Shown here: positions 48,814-58,041 of the stretch, piece by piece
Layout: each line of letters begins with the position of its first letter
How positions within the stretch are numbered: the first letter of the stretch is position 1
Source: Candidatus Kuenenia stuttgartensis
Lineage (GTDB): Bacteria; Planctomycetota; JAKEIC01; DYIT01
Direction: 5' to 3'
Assembly (NCBI GenBank): GCA_020723505.1
Contig: DYIT01000004.1
Coordinates: 14,560 to 78,559 of the forward strand
DNA length: 64,000 nt
Made by a program: the position numbers and the translations under genes
Notes under the pieces: generated by a model
Told to the model about the DNA's origin: nothing
Seen by the model: only the letters and a program-made list of their open reading frames with translations
Database searches by the model: none

Positions 48814-49155
48814 ATGATTCGCAGGACTATGGTGCTGCTCGTGATTGCTTTCGCGGTCGGGGCCTTTCTTCTCTACGGGGTAGCCCAGGGCTGGGGCTGG
48901 GGCGGCGGTGGAGGCGGTGGAGGGGGTGGCGGCGGCTGGGGCGGCGGCGGAGGACCTCCGCGTCCTCCGAGCGGCGGGGGCAGGGGCAATAATCCCCCTG
49001 CACCGGATCCGGGCAAGAACCCGGGCGATCCGGGCAAGAATCCCGGCGACGTCCTGAAGGGAGAGCAGTACAACAAGGAGTTCGAGTTCTCCTTCGAGGA
49101 GAAGGACGAGAACGCCCTCCACAGGGACGGGGTGTATTTTGCCCTGAACAAATGA
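48814..49155 (+). CDS. Small single-pass membrane protein with a Gly/Trp run and a Pro-rich repeat
   Basis: MIRRTMVLLVIAFAVGAFLLYGV (TM), then GWGWGGGGGGGGGGGGWGGGGGPPRPP and DPGKNPG x2. ATG 48814 is preceded by GGGGGATTGGAAG. The ORF track starts earlier, at 48634. Confidence 0.6.
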   Translation: MIRRTMVLLVIAFAVGAFLLYGVAQGWGWGGGGGGGGGGGGWGGGGGPPRPPSGGGRGNNPPAPDPGKNPGDPGKNPGDVLKGEQYNKEFEFSFEEKDENALHRDGVYFALNK

Positions 49156-49237
49156 GGCGTCTTGCGTCCCGGAAGACAGGGGAGCCCGGACTGTCGCGGG
49201 CGGTCTTCATTTCCAAGGCATCTTTCGCGGTGATTCC

Positions 49238-50455
49238 ATGAAGCGGCTTTGCATGGCGATGGTTCTGATCTGCGCTGCAGCGCAAGCCGCAGGCGCCGAT
49301 GTCGTCGTGACCAAGGACGGCAAGGAAATCAGGGGTAAGATTCTCGGGGAGGAAGGCGGGAAGATTACGGTCAAGACCCAGTCCGGCGAGGTCGCCGTCC
49401 CGGCGGAGAGCGTCGCGAGAATCGAGGACGAGGCGTCCCTTCTGAAGGCCTTCGACCAGAGGACGAAGACCGTGTCGGACACGGACGCGGATGGTTTCTT
49501 CAAGCTCGGCGAATGGTGCGGGGAGAAGGGGCTGTTCGAGAAGCAGGAGGAGGTTTTCGAATGGGTGCTCGCGATTGACTTTGATCACGAGGGCGCGCGC
49601 AAGGCGCTGGGCTACGTGCGGGACCGGTCCGGGGCATGGATGAGGATAGCGCGCGAACAGGGAGGCGGATCGAGCGCGGAATTCAAGAAGGCGCTCCGGC
49701 ATTTCAAGGACAACGAGGACGAGAAGGCGGACGAGCTTCTGGACAAGATTATCGAGCAGCAGCCCGGATTCCTGGAAGCGCGCTACCTGAAGGCCGAGAT
49801 TCTGATAAGCGCGGGCAAGTACGGCCAGGCGATAGAGGTCTTCGGGGAGATGCTCAAGGTGGACAAGAACTCGGCGCTGGCTCATTACGGGACCGCCTAC
49901 GTCAGGTACCTCGAGAGGAAGTATCCCGACGCCCTTGGTTCGCTCAAGACGGCGGCCGACTGCGCGAACCGTATTGCGTCGCAGGCCGAGAAGAAGACGG
50001 TCCTCTCGGAGATTCTGTATCTCTCCGGCGTCACGCACGTGGGCATGGGCGAGAAGCACATCGACGAGGCGGAATCGGACTTCGTGAAGTGCCTTGCACA
50101 GAATCCCAAGCATTACAGGGCATGGACGGACGTGGGGATAATCTACGGGCAGAAGGGCGTCGTCAAGAAGGCGGCGGACGCGTTCGCCAAGGCGCTGGCC
50201 TCGAACTCCAAGCACATAAAGGCGAGGTACAACTGGGGCGTGCTCCTGTACAGGCAGGGGGACATGCCGCAGTGCATGTCGAAGATTCAGTCCCTGACCA
50301 CCGGTTCCAACCCCCACCTGCCGTCGGTCCTCATAATGGGACGGTGCTATCAACGGGGGGGGAAGAATACAACGGCAAAGAAATACTTCCAGCAATACTT
50401 GAAGCTCGGCGGCACTGATCCGAGGGCGCAGGAGTGGCTCAGGGAGGTGGAGTAG
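49238..50455 (+). CDS. Secreted TPR-repeat protein with an N-terminal small beta module
   Basis: Signal peptide MKRLCMAMVLICAAAQAAGA. VVVTKDGKEIRGKILGEEGGKITVKTQSGEVAVP module. Multiple TPR units (AHYGTAYVRYLERKY.DA, YLSGVTHVGMGE, AWTDVGIIYGQKG, ARYNWGVLLYRQGD). Confidence 0.75.
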   Translation: MKRLCMAMVLICAAAQAAGADVVVTKDGKEIRGKILGEEGGKITVKTQSGEVAVPAESVARIEDEASLLKAFDQRTKTVSDTDADGFFKLGEWCGEKGLFEKQEEVFEWVLAIDFDHEGARKALGYVRDRSGAWMRIAREQGGGSSAEFKKALRHFKDNEDEKADELLDKIIEQQPGFLEARYLKAEILISAGKYGQAIEVFGEMLKVDKNSALAHYGTAYVRYLERKYPDALGSLKTAADCANRIASQAEKKTVLSEILYLSGVTHVGMGEKHIDEAESDFVKCLAQNPKHYRAWTDVGIIYGQKGVVKKAADAFAKALASNSKHIKARYNWGVLLYRQGDMPQCMSKIQSLTTGSNPHLPSVLIMGRCYQRGGKNTTAKKYFQQYLKLGGTDPRAQEWLREVE

Positions 50456-50532
50456 CCCCTTGACCTTGCAGGCTTCCGGACATGCGGCTTGCATGCCGGC
50501 CGGCGTCCGACTCCTCTTTTTATTCTATCGCG

Positions 50533-53500
50533 ATGGCGAAAAGCCCTGAAAAGACAAAGCCCGACAAGGACGACCTTTCGTACGGCAGGACGGCGGTGGC
50601 TATGGGGCTTATCACCGCCGATCAGTTGAAGAAATGCCTCAACGACGTCCAGAAATCCGCCGCCAGCGGAGCCCCGCAGAAGAAAATCGACGAGGCGCTC
50701 GTCGAGGCCGGCCTGCTCAACCAGGCCCAGGTCGAGATGGTGAGGCAGGAGGCCGTCCGCAGGTCCGAGGCGGCGCGGAGGATCGCGGGATACGAGCTCG
50801 TTTCCGAAATCGGCCGCGGCGCGATGGGTGTCGTGCACAAGGCGCGGCAGATAAGCCTCGACAGGTTCGTGGCCCTCAAGCTCATCCCGAAAACCAGCAT
50901 CTCCGAGAAGGACAAGGTCCACCTCATCACCGAAGCCCAGGCGGCGGCCAAGCTGAATCACGAGAACATAGTGCAGGCGATTGACGCCGGCGAGACCGAA
51001 TCCCACGTCTACTTCGCGATGGAGCTTTTCGAAGGCAGGAACCTGCTTGAAATCCTGCGCGAGAAGGGGAAGCTTGCCGAGCCGCTGGTTTGCGAAATCG
51101 GTGTCGCGGTGGCAAAAGCCCTCGAGCATGCGCACGCCAACCGCATGATCCACCGGGACATCAAGCCGGAAAACGTGCTGATGGACCGCGAGGGGAGAAT
51201 CAAGCTTACGGACATGGGACTTGCCAGGTCCGCGGAGCGCGGAGCCGCGGACGATCCGCTCAAGGGATCAGTGGTCGGCACGCCGTACTACATAAGCCCC
51301 GAGCAGATCAAGGCCATGCCCGACATCGACATCAGGACCGACATATATTCGCTCGGCGCCACGCTCTACTACCTTGCGACGGGGAGCAGGCCTTTCGAGG
51401 CCGAATCCCCGGTCCTCGTGCTCAAGAAGCACCTTTCGGAGCCCCTTGATCCCCCCGTCTCGCGCAATCCCGGCCTTTCCGCGGAGTTCGACCGCATCGT
51501 GCGCAAGGCCATGGAGAAGAACCGCGAGAAGCGCTACGGCACGCCTTCGGAGCTCAAGGAGGACCTGTCGAACCATCTCCGGAAGGGGCCGGCAGCGATG
51601 CGGGCGCAGGCCCCCTCGTCCAGGGGGCGTGCGGCTGCGCAGGCGGGCGGGGGAGCGAACAAGGCCGTAATCGGCGGCGTTCTTGCGGCCGCATGCGCCG
51701 GGGCGGTAATCGCAGGAATCGTCATATTCGGCGGCGGTAAGGATAAGCCGCAGCAGGGCGGAAAGACGGCCGTTCCTGCCCCGTCGCAGGGCGGTCAGAA
51801 GACGGATGATCCCGGAAGCGAAACGGCTGGGAACCCGAAGGACGAGCCCGGCATCGAGGAATTCAACGCGCTCAAGGCCTGGGGAGCCGAGAAACCGCTC
51901 GAGAGCGACGAGGTCATCAGAAGGCTCGAGGACCTGAGGAAGAAATATCCCAGGACGAGAGTCGTCACGCTCTGCAGGGACGAAATCAGCGCGCTGCAGG
52001 AGAGGAAGAGGAAGGCTACGTCCGAGGCGTTCGAGAAGGCTCGGCAGAAGGCCGCCGGGCTCGCATCCGAGAAGAAGTTCGGCGAGGCCGTGGAAAGCCT
52101 GCGGAAGTTCCCGGAGCAGCTGCTCAACGACCAAATCAAGGCAGGGCTGGACGCGGCGTGCGACCGGATCCTCAAGGAGGCGGCGGTCGAGGCCGAGGCC
52201 CAGGCGGCCCGTGCGGACGCGGCGGCGGATGCGGGGGATTTCGCTGCCGCCGCCGAGGCGGTCAAGGCAATTCAGGCTTTCGGAGTCCCTTCCCTCTGGG
52301 ACAAGTACAAGGGCAGGCTGGAGGAGTATTCGGAGTCGGCGTTCGCATCGGCCCACCTCGAATTGCACCGGAAGCTGCTCGAGGAGATTGCTTCCAAGGG
52401 GCCCGGCGCGGGGGCCGCCTTCGTGGCCGCGAAGCTGTCCGAGGACGTGGATCCGAACGTGAAGGACCTCCTCAGGGAGGACAGCCTGAACGTCGACTGG
52501 GCCAGGGGCGCTCTCCAGAGGCTCTGCGCCCTCACGGCGGGCATGAAGGGCTCGAACGCGTTCTTCCTGCTGAGGACGGGCGAGGCGGTTTCCGGCCAGG
52601 TGACGGGCGTGGAGGGCGAAAAGATCTCCTTCAAGGCGCAGTCCGGCGCGAAGTCGGCGGGCGTCCGCGACTTGAGGGCCTCCGACGCCTCGGGAATCAT
52701 GTCGGCCTCGGACCCGGCGGGGCGATTCCAGATGGCGTGCTACTCCTGGTACATCCAGAACGACGGATCGGCTGCATGGGCGTTCCTCTCGGGACTCGAC
52801 CATTCGCGGCGGGAAGTTCGCAGGCTGGCCTCGTCGATTGAGAGATTCGAGTGCGCGCGAATCTCGGAGATACTGGCGCGCGCGGGCGCCGAGGTCGAGA
52901 AGGGCAACCTGGAGGCCGCGTCGGCCGCACTCAGGGAGGTCTTCGCCCTATACCGCGGAAGGCCCTCGTATTTCAAATCTGAAAGGGCCGTGCTGGACCT
53001 CCTGGCGCGCGCCAACGCAAGGACCGGGAGGCCCCCTCTCGCCGAGGCCGTGGTGTCCTGCCCCATGGAATGGCCCGGGAGGACGAAGCTCAGGCTAATC
53101 TACGACTTCCGCAATCCTGCGCACGCCTCGGACCTGTGGTTCAGGGGAGGGAGATGGTCCGCTTCCGAGGGATTCCTCGTCCAGGGGGAATCGCAGGGCG
53201 GGCAGATGGAGGCGGGTCTTCCGGGCTCCTTCAGGGACGTGACGGTGCTCATGGAAGTAATGCCGCTTTCCGGCAAATTCCACGGCATCGGGGTCAATTT
53301 CCTCGGGCAGGCGGACGGCCGCAGATGCGCGTTCGACATGCGGGGGAACGGGGCCGAGGTCAGCGCCTCGTTCTTCTTCCGCGGCAAGGCGGACATGCCG
53401 TATATGAAGGCGATGTCGGCCTGGAAGCAGGTCGGCGGGGAAGCGGCCGGGGAAGGATTCCGCAAGGTCCTGCTGGTGGCCGGGTCGAGGGAGTTCAGCG

Positions 53501-54237
53501 CGATGGTCGGCGGTCTCGGCGCGGACGCAATCAGGGTCGGGGCCGGGGAATGGGATGGGCTCAAGGCGGACGGATTCCAGCGGTTCGTCTCGGGAACGGC
53601 CGGAATCCGCGCTTCCAGCCCGGCCGCGGTGCGGAAGCTGGAGGCTGTGGGCGATCCGGAAGACGGGTGGGTCCGCACGGTGGAGAGGCTCTGTCCTGCG
53701 GCGGCCGCCCTGTCGGCATGCGGGGAGTTCTCGCTCATGAAGGGCGGCCTGCACGAATGCTGGACCGTATCCGCCGGGTCGGTCCAGCTCGACGCGGAAG
53801 CCGTGTCGATGGAGGGGCTTCCCGCGATAATCTCGCTGCAGCAGGCAGCGGCGCTTGCGGCGGGGAGGAGATGCGAGGTATCCCTGGACCTGGAGTGCGG
53901 CCAGGGAATCTTCTTCATCCGCCTTCCCGCGGGATACGACTCGGCGCTTCTCGTGCTTCGGGGGCCGAACGCGGCCCTTGTCCCGGGAGTGAGCGCGGAG
54001 ACGCATCCGCTGTCCGTGGACCTGAACGCCCAGCAGGGGCAGGCGGTGAAGCTAAGGTTCGTGCTCGGGCGGGAGGGCGCAAGGATGTTCGCGGGCGACA
54101 CGGAGATTCTGAATTCGCCCGGCTCCGAGCTCGCGAGGGCCGCCGGATCAGAGCCGGGCGGTCCCGCGTTCACGATGGGATGCTTCGGAGAGGCATGGAA
54201 AGTCAGGGATTTGAGGATAAAATCAAATCCGCAGTAG
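50533..54237 (+). CDS. Giant Ser/Thr protein kinase: MshEN/T2SSE_N-like N-terminus, kinase domain, TM helix, long helical region, small beta module, C-terminal DUF1080/LamG-like jelly-roll
   Basis: Kinase motifs GRGAMGVVHKA, HRDIKPENVL, DMGLAR and GTPYYISPE. TM VIGGVLAAACAGAVIAGIVIFGG. The end ...FGEAWKVRDLRIKSN resembles the DUF1080 terminus. Start at MAKSPEK. Confidence 0.85.
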   Translation: MAKSPEKTKPDKDDLSYGRTAVAMGLITADQLKKCLNDVQKSAASGAPQKKIDEALVEAGLLNQAQVEMVRQEAVRRSEAARRIAGYELVSEIGRGAMGVVHKARQISLDRFVALKLIPKTSISEKDKVHLITEAQAAAKLNHENIVQAIDAGETESHVYFAMELFEGRNLLEILREKGKLAEPLVCEIGVAVAKALEHAHANRMIHRDIKPENVLMDREGRIKLTDMGLARSAERGAADDPLKGSVVGTPYYISPEQIKAMPDIDIRTDIYSLGATLYYLATGSRPFEAESPVLVLKKHLSEPLDPPVSRNPGLSAEFDRIVRKAMEKNREKRYGTPSELKEDLSNHLRKGPAAMRAQAPSSRGRAAAQAGGGANKAVIGGVLAAACAGAVIAGIVIFGGGKDKPQQGGKTAVPAPSQGGQKTDDPGSETAGNPKDEPGIEEFNALKAWGAEKPLESDEVIRRLEDLRKKYPRTRVVTLCRDEISALQERKRKATSEAFEKARQKAAGLASEKKFGEAVESLRKFPEQLLNDQIKAGLDAACDRILKEAAVEAEAQAARADAAADAGDFAAAAEAVKAIQAFGVPSLWDKYKGRLEEYSESAFASAHLELHRKLLEEIASKGPGAGAAFVAAKLSEDVDPNVKDLLREDSLNVDWARGALQRLCALTAGMKGSNAFFLLRTGEAVSGQVTGVEGEKISFKAQSGAKSAGVRDLRASDASGIMSASDPAGRFQMACYSWYIQNDGSAAWAFLSGLDHSRREVRRLASSIERFECARISEILARAGAEVEKGNLEAASAALREVFALYRGRPSYFKSERAVLDLLARANARTGRPPLAEAVVSCPMEWPGRTKLRLIYDFRNPAHASDLWFRGGRWSASEGFLVQGESQGGQMEAGLPGSFRDVTVLMEVMPLSGKFHGIGVNFLGQADGRRCAFDMRGNGAEVSASFFFRGKADMPYMKAMSAWKQVGGEAAGEGFRKVLLVAGSREFSAMVGGLGADAIRVGAGEWDGLKADGFQRFVSGTAGIRASSPAAVRKLEAVGDPEDGWVRTVERLCPAAAALSACGEFSLMKGGLHECWTVSAGSVQLDAEAVSMEGLPAIISLQQAAALAAGRRCEVSLDLECGQGIFFIRLPAGYDSALLVLRGPNAALVPGVSAETHPLSVDLNAQQGQAVKLRFVLGREGARMFAGDTEILNSPGSELARAAGSEPGGPAFTMGCFGEAWKVRDLRIKSNPQ

Positions 54238-54334
54238 TCCGCGCGGGCGGAATGGGGCCCGTGCCGTTCCCGGTTTTCACCCCCCCCTTGCCGGTCCCGG
54301 CGGCTTTCCCGGCGGATGAAGGCGCGCAGCAAAC

Positions 54335-57300
54335 ATGGCCAAGATAGACGAGTTGAGGCTGATAGGCGAGATTGCCGTCAAGCTCGGGCTGATAACACGC
54401 TCCCAGCTAGAGGAATGCCTGGCCCTCCAGCGGATGCGCAAGGAGGAGGACCAGTTCGACAGGCTGGGGAGCATTTTCCTCGAAAAGGGCTACCTGGACA
54501 TCGACAAGCTCGACATAGTCCTTTCGCACCAGCAGAGGGTGAGCGAAGCGAAGGACCGCATAGGCCGGTACGAGATCATAGCAGAGATTGGCAGGGGAGC
54601 GATGGGCGTGGTCTACAGGGCGAAGCAAATCGACCTGGACCGCGAGGTGGCCCTCAAGGTGATTCGGAAGGGGATTAGCCAGGACAGGGACTACCGGAAG
54701 CGTTTCATGCGCGAAGCGAGAATCGCCGCGAGCTTGAACCACCCGAACATAATCAGGGCGATAGACGCGGGCGAGACCCAGCAGCACTTCTATTTCGCGA
54801 TGGAGCTTTTCGACTCCCCCAACCTGCTTAAAATCCTGAAACGCGGGAAGGAGCCGCTGGGGGAGAATCTCGTTCTAAAGGTCGCGATACAGATGTCGCG
54901 CGCACTGACGCACGCCGAGGAGGTGAAACTCGTCCATCGCGACATCAAGCCCGAGAACATCCTGTTCGACGAGAACTCCGGAATGGCCAAGCTCACGGAC
55001 ATGGGGCTCGCGAAATCCACGGAGAACGAGAAGGCCAACCTCACGCAGGCGGGATCAACCCTCGGCACGCCGTACTATATAAGCCCGGAGTCCATCGAGG
55101 CCGAGAAAATGGTGGACATCAGGAGCGACATCTACTCGCTGGGGGCGACGATGTATCACCTCCTGACCGGCGTAGTGCCGTTCGAGGCCGAGACCGTCTT
55201 CAAAATCCTCAAGAAGCACGTCGGCGAGCAGCCCGTGCCTCTCAGGTCCAGGAATCCGGTAATCTCGCAGGAGATGAACCGGATTGTGCTCAAGACCATG
55301 GAGAAGGACCCGGACCGGAGGCACCAGTCGCCGATGGACCTCGAGGAGGACCTCGTGCGGCTCGAGAAGCTGGGGCCCGAGAAGGCTTTCGCGGCCGCGA
55401 AGGCCGAGGAGGCGTCGCCGAGGCCGCCGAAGCGGAGGCGCAGAAGGGGGAAGGCGGCGCATCCGCTGCTGCTGATAGGCGTGCCGGTAACAGTCGCGGT
55501 CGTGGCGGGCGTGATTCTTATAGCAATCGCCGCCGGCGGGGGCGGAGGAGGCGACAAGCCCGGCCCTTCGAAGCCGGGCGAAGAGAAGAAGGCGGCGCAT
55601 GAACCTTCCTTGCCCGGATCCGGGTCCAGAAAGCCGGATGACCCTCCGAAGAAGGCCGTGGACGCGGAGAAGGAGGAGCTTGCGAAGATCAGACGGTTCG
55701 CGGTCGAGAAGCCCGACGATTTCGACGGAATCATATCGAGGTACAAGGACCTCGCCGCGTCCGCATCGAACGACGAGGTGGCTGCGAAATGCATCGAGGA
55801 GGCGTCGGAGTGGGAGAAGAGAAGGCACGAGGCGCGCCTGAGGAGCCTCGACTCGGAGTTCAAGCTGGCGGAAGGGCTTGCGCTCAAGAAGGAATACGGG
55901 CCTGCGATTAACGTCCTGAACGCCCTGCAGGCGAAGCTTCCCGAGGGCGCGGACCTGAAGAAGGCCAAGGAACTCGAGTCCCGGTTCTGGGACGAGGCGA
56001 GGGCGCAGTCGAAATCGCAGGTTCTCAAGGCCAAGGGACTCGCGAGGAAGGGCGACTACGCCGGAGCGGCGCAGGCGGTACGCTCGGTGGAGGCGATGGG
56101 TCTTCCGACGGTATGGAAGGAAGTCGAGCATTTGGTCGCCAGGTACGAGCGCATGTTCAGGGAATCGCAGGCGGTCGCGTTCCACCGTTCCGTGGTCGAG
56201 AAGGCGTATGCGGAGGGCGCGAAGGCTGCTGCGGATTTCGTGGCAAAGGCCGCGGCGGAGGGGAAAGCCAGGGACGCGGACTTCGAGAAGTCGAACCTGG
56301 AGAAGGCCGGGAACAGGCTCGAAGGCCTCCTTTCGCACATCGAGTCGCTCAAGGGCCGCGAGGTGACCCTGGGGCTCTTGCAGGGCGGCGAGGTCCGAGG
56401 CACGCTCAGGGAGATTTCGAACGGGAAGGCGGCAATCGTGGGCGAACGCGGAGTGACGGACTGGGTGGAGTTGAGGTCAATCGATCCGGCGGTGGCGCGG
56501 AGCGGGAGCGCCCTCGCGGAATACGCGGAGGCCTGCTATCTCTGGTATCTCGCCGGTCCCGAGGCGAGGCTCAAGGCCTACATGCTGGCGTCGGGGATAG
56601 CGCCGGGGGCTGTGGCCGAGGCGCCGCTTCTGGCATCCAGGATGGGCGGGGTCATGGATCTCGACCTGTCCGAGGAGGTGGACGAGCTTGCACAGGCGCC
56701 CGCCGAGAACGCGTTCAGGAAGTCGCTGGAGATCATAAGGTCGTTCAGGTCCACGCCGTTCTACGCGAAGATTGAGGCGGCTGTAGAGAAGGCGTTCTCG
56801 ACCGCCGCGTCCGCGCTCGGCGAGGACCCGGATCTGCTGCTCGCGTTCTCGTCGAGGCTCGAGAAGTCTTCAGGCGACCGGCTGTCGGCGGTTTACGATT
56901 TCGTCTACCCGGGCCAGGACGAAGACTTCGAGTTCGAGGGAAGGGGGCGCTGGAACGCATCGGCCGGGGCGCTGCGCCAGACCGAATCGGCCACCAGGGC
57001 GTCGGCGATGCTCTCCTCGTCCTGGTCGTCCCTTAGGCTGGAGGCAGTCATGGCGGGATCGTCGCGGGATTCCGGCCTCGTCTGCATGGACAGGCAAACG
57101 GGCGTGAAGTACGTGCTCAGGGTCGCCGAGGAGGAAGGGGCGCCGAAGCTCCTGTTCGAGACGCAAAAGCCGGGCAAGTCCCCGGAGGAGGCCGCCAAGC
57201 CGCTTCAGCTCCCCGTGCAGTTCCTTTCGGCCAAGGACTCGCGGCTCGCGGTTTTCATCGAGTCCGATGGGGCCTCGCTCTGCGCGGGCTACAGGGCTGG

Positions 57301-58003
57301 GGGTTCGGAGAAGAAGACGTCGGCCGTGAAGAGGCATGCTGCCGGCGCCGGGATGAATCCCGGCGTGTTCGCGGATTCGTGCGCGGTCTTCCACCGGATA
57401 TCCGTGGCTGGGGCGATAGACGCGAAATGGCTCGCGAACCTGAAGGCTGCGTCGAAACTGAAGCAGAAATTCGGATCGGGCGGGTGGGCCGAACTGACCC
57501 TGGGCGCGGGTTCCCTGGAAGGATTGAAGACCTTCGGCGCGGTGAAGGCCGAGGCCGGCGCGATCGGGATTTCCGGCGAGCACTCGGGAATCGAGCTGCC
57601 CAGGGCCAGGCGAATCATTGGCGACGGCATGAGCATGCAGTTCGCGTTCAAGGCGCGCAGGGTCTCGGACCTCGGCTGGTGCGCGATATCGTTCTTCCTG
57701 GGCGATAAGAACCTATCATGGGTACTCAGGACGGAGGTGGACGAGACCGCTCCGGCGGGAATCCCCGAGGACCATGCCGTCGCCTCGCAGGGGCCTTTCC
57801 AGGACGGTGCATGGCACGATGTGACCCTGGACGTGGGCACCGAGAACGGCAGGATCTACATCGACGGGGCCCTGAGGGAGGATTTCAGCCTGGGGATGCT
57901 TGCGGATCTGCAGGGATCGATCAAATCTTCAGGATTCGGGCTTTCGGTCTTCGGCGGCTCATGGGAGTTCAAGGAGCTCAGGATCAGAAAGCTGCCGAGG
58001 TGA
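54335..58003 (+). CDS. Giant Ser/Thr protein kinase, tandem paralogue of 50533..54237 with the same architecture
   Basis: GRGAMGVVYRA, HRDIKPENIL, DMGLAKS, GTPYYISPE. TM LLLIGVPVTVAVVAGVILIAIAAGG. End ...FGGSWEFKELRIRKLPR. Confidence 0.85.
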   Translation: MAKIDELRLIGEIAVKLGLITRSQLEECLALQRMRKEEDQFDRLGSIFLEKGYLDIDKLDIVLSHQQRVSEAKDRIGRYEIIAEIGRGAMGVVYRAKQIDLDREVALKVIRKGISQDRDYRKRFMREARIAASLNHPNIIRAIDAGETQQHFYFAMELFDSPNLLKILKRGKEPLGENLVLKVAIQMSRALTHAEEVKLVHRDIKPENILFDENSGMAKLTDMGLAKSTENEKANLTQAGSTLGTPYYISPESIEAEKMVDIRSDIYSLGATMYHLLTGVVPFEAETVFKILKKHVGEQPVPLRSRNPVISQEMNRIVLKTMEKDPDRRHQSPMDLEEDLVRLEKLGPEKAFAAAKAEEASPRPPKRRRRRGKAAHPLLLIGVPVTVAVVAGVILIAIAAGGGGGGDKPGPSKPGEEKKAAHEPSLPGSGSRKPDDPPKKAVDAEKEELAKIRRFAVEKPDDFDGIISRYKDLAASASNDEVAAKCIEEASEWEKRRHEARLRSLDSEFKLAEGLALKKEYGPAINVLNALQAKLPEGADLKKAKELESRFWDEARAQSKSQVLKAKGLARKGDYAGAAQAVRSVEAMGLPTVWKEVEHLVARYERMFRESQAVAFHRSVVEKAYAEGAKAAADFVAKAAAEGKARDADFEKSNLEKAGNRLEGLLSHIESLKGREVTLGLLQGGEVRGTLREISNGKAAIVGERGVTDWVELRSIDPAVARSGSALAEYAEACYLWYLAGPEARLKAYMLASGIAPGAVAEAPLLASRMGGVMDLDLSEEVDELAQAPAENAFRKSLEIIRSFRSTPFYAKIEAAVEKAFSTAASALGEDPDLLLAFSSRLEKSSGDRLSAVYDFVYPGQDEDFEFEGRGRWNASAGALRQTESATRASAMLSSSWSSLRLEAVMAGSSRDSGLVCMDRQTGVKYVLRVAEEEGAPKLLFETQKPGKSPEEAAKPLQLPVQFLSAKDSRLAVFIESDGASLCAGYRAGGSEKKTSAVKRHAAGAGMNPGVFADSCAVFHRISVAGAIDAKWLANLKAASKLKQKFGSGGWAELTLGAGSLEGLKTFGAVKAEAGAIGISGEHSGIELPRARRIIGDGMSMQFAFKARRVSDLGWCAISFFLGDKNLSWVLRTEVDETAPAGIPEDHAVASQGPFQDGAWHDVTLDVGTENGRIYIDGALREDFSLGMLADLQGSIKSSGFGLSVFGGSWEFKELRIRKLPR

Positions 58004-58041
58004 ATCCCGCAAGATGCTCGGCGCCGCCGCAACTGGTGGAA

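Noticed and set aside
48890-48960. G-quadruplex potential of the (GGN)n run encoding the poly-Gly stretch
   Set aside because: The G4+ tracts are separated by loops of up to ~20 nt. The sequence is simply what poly-Gly coding looks like in a GC-rich genome, so there is no independent support.
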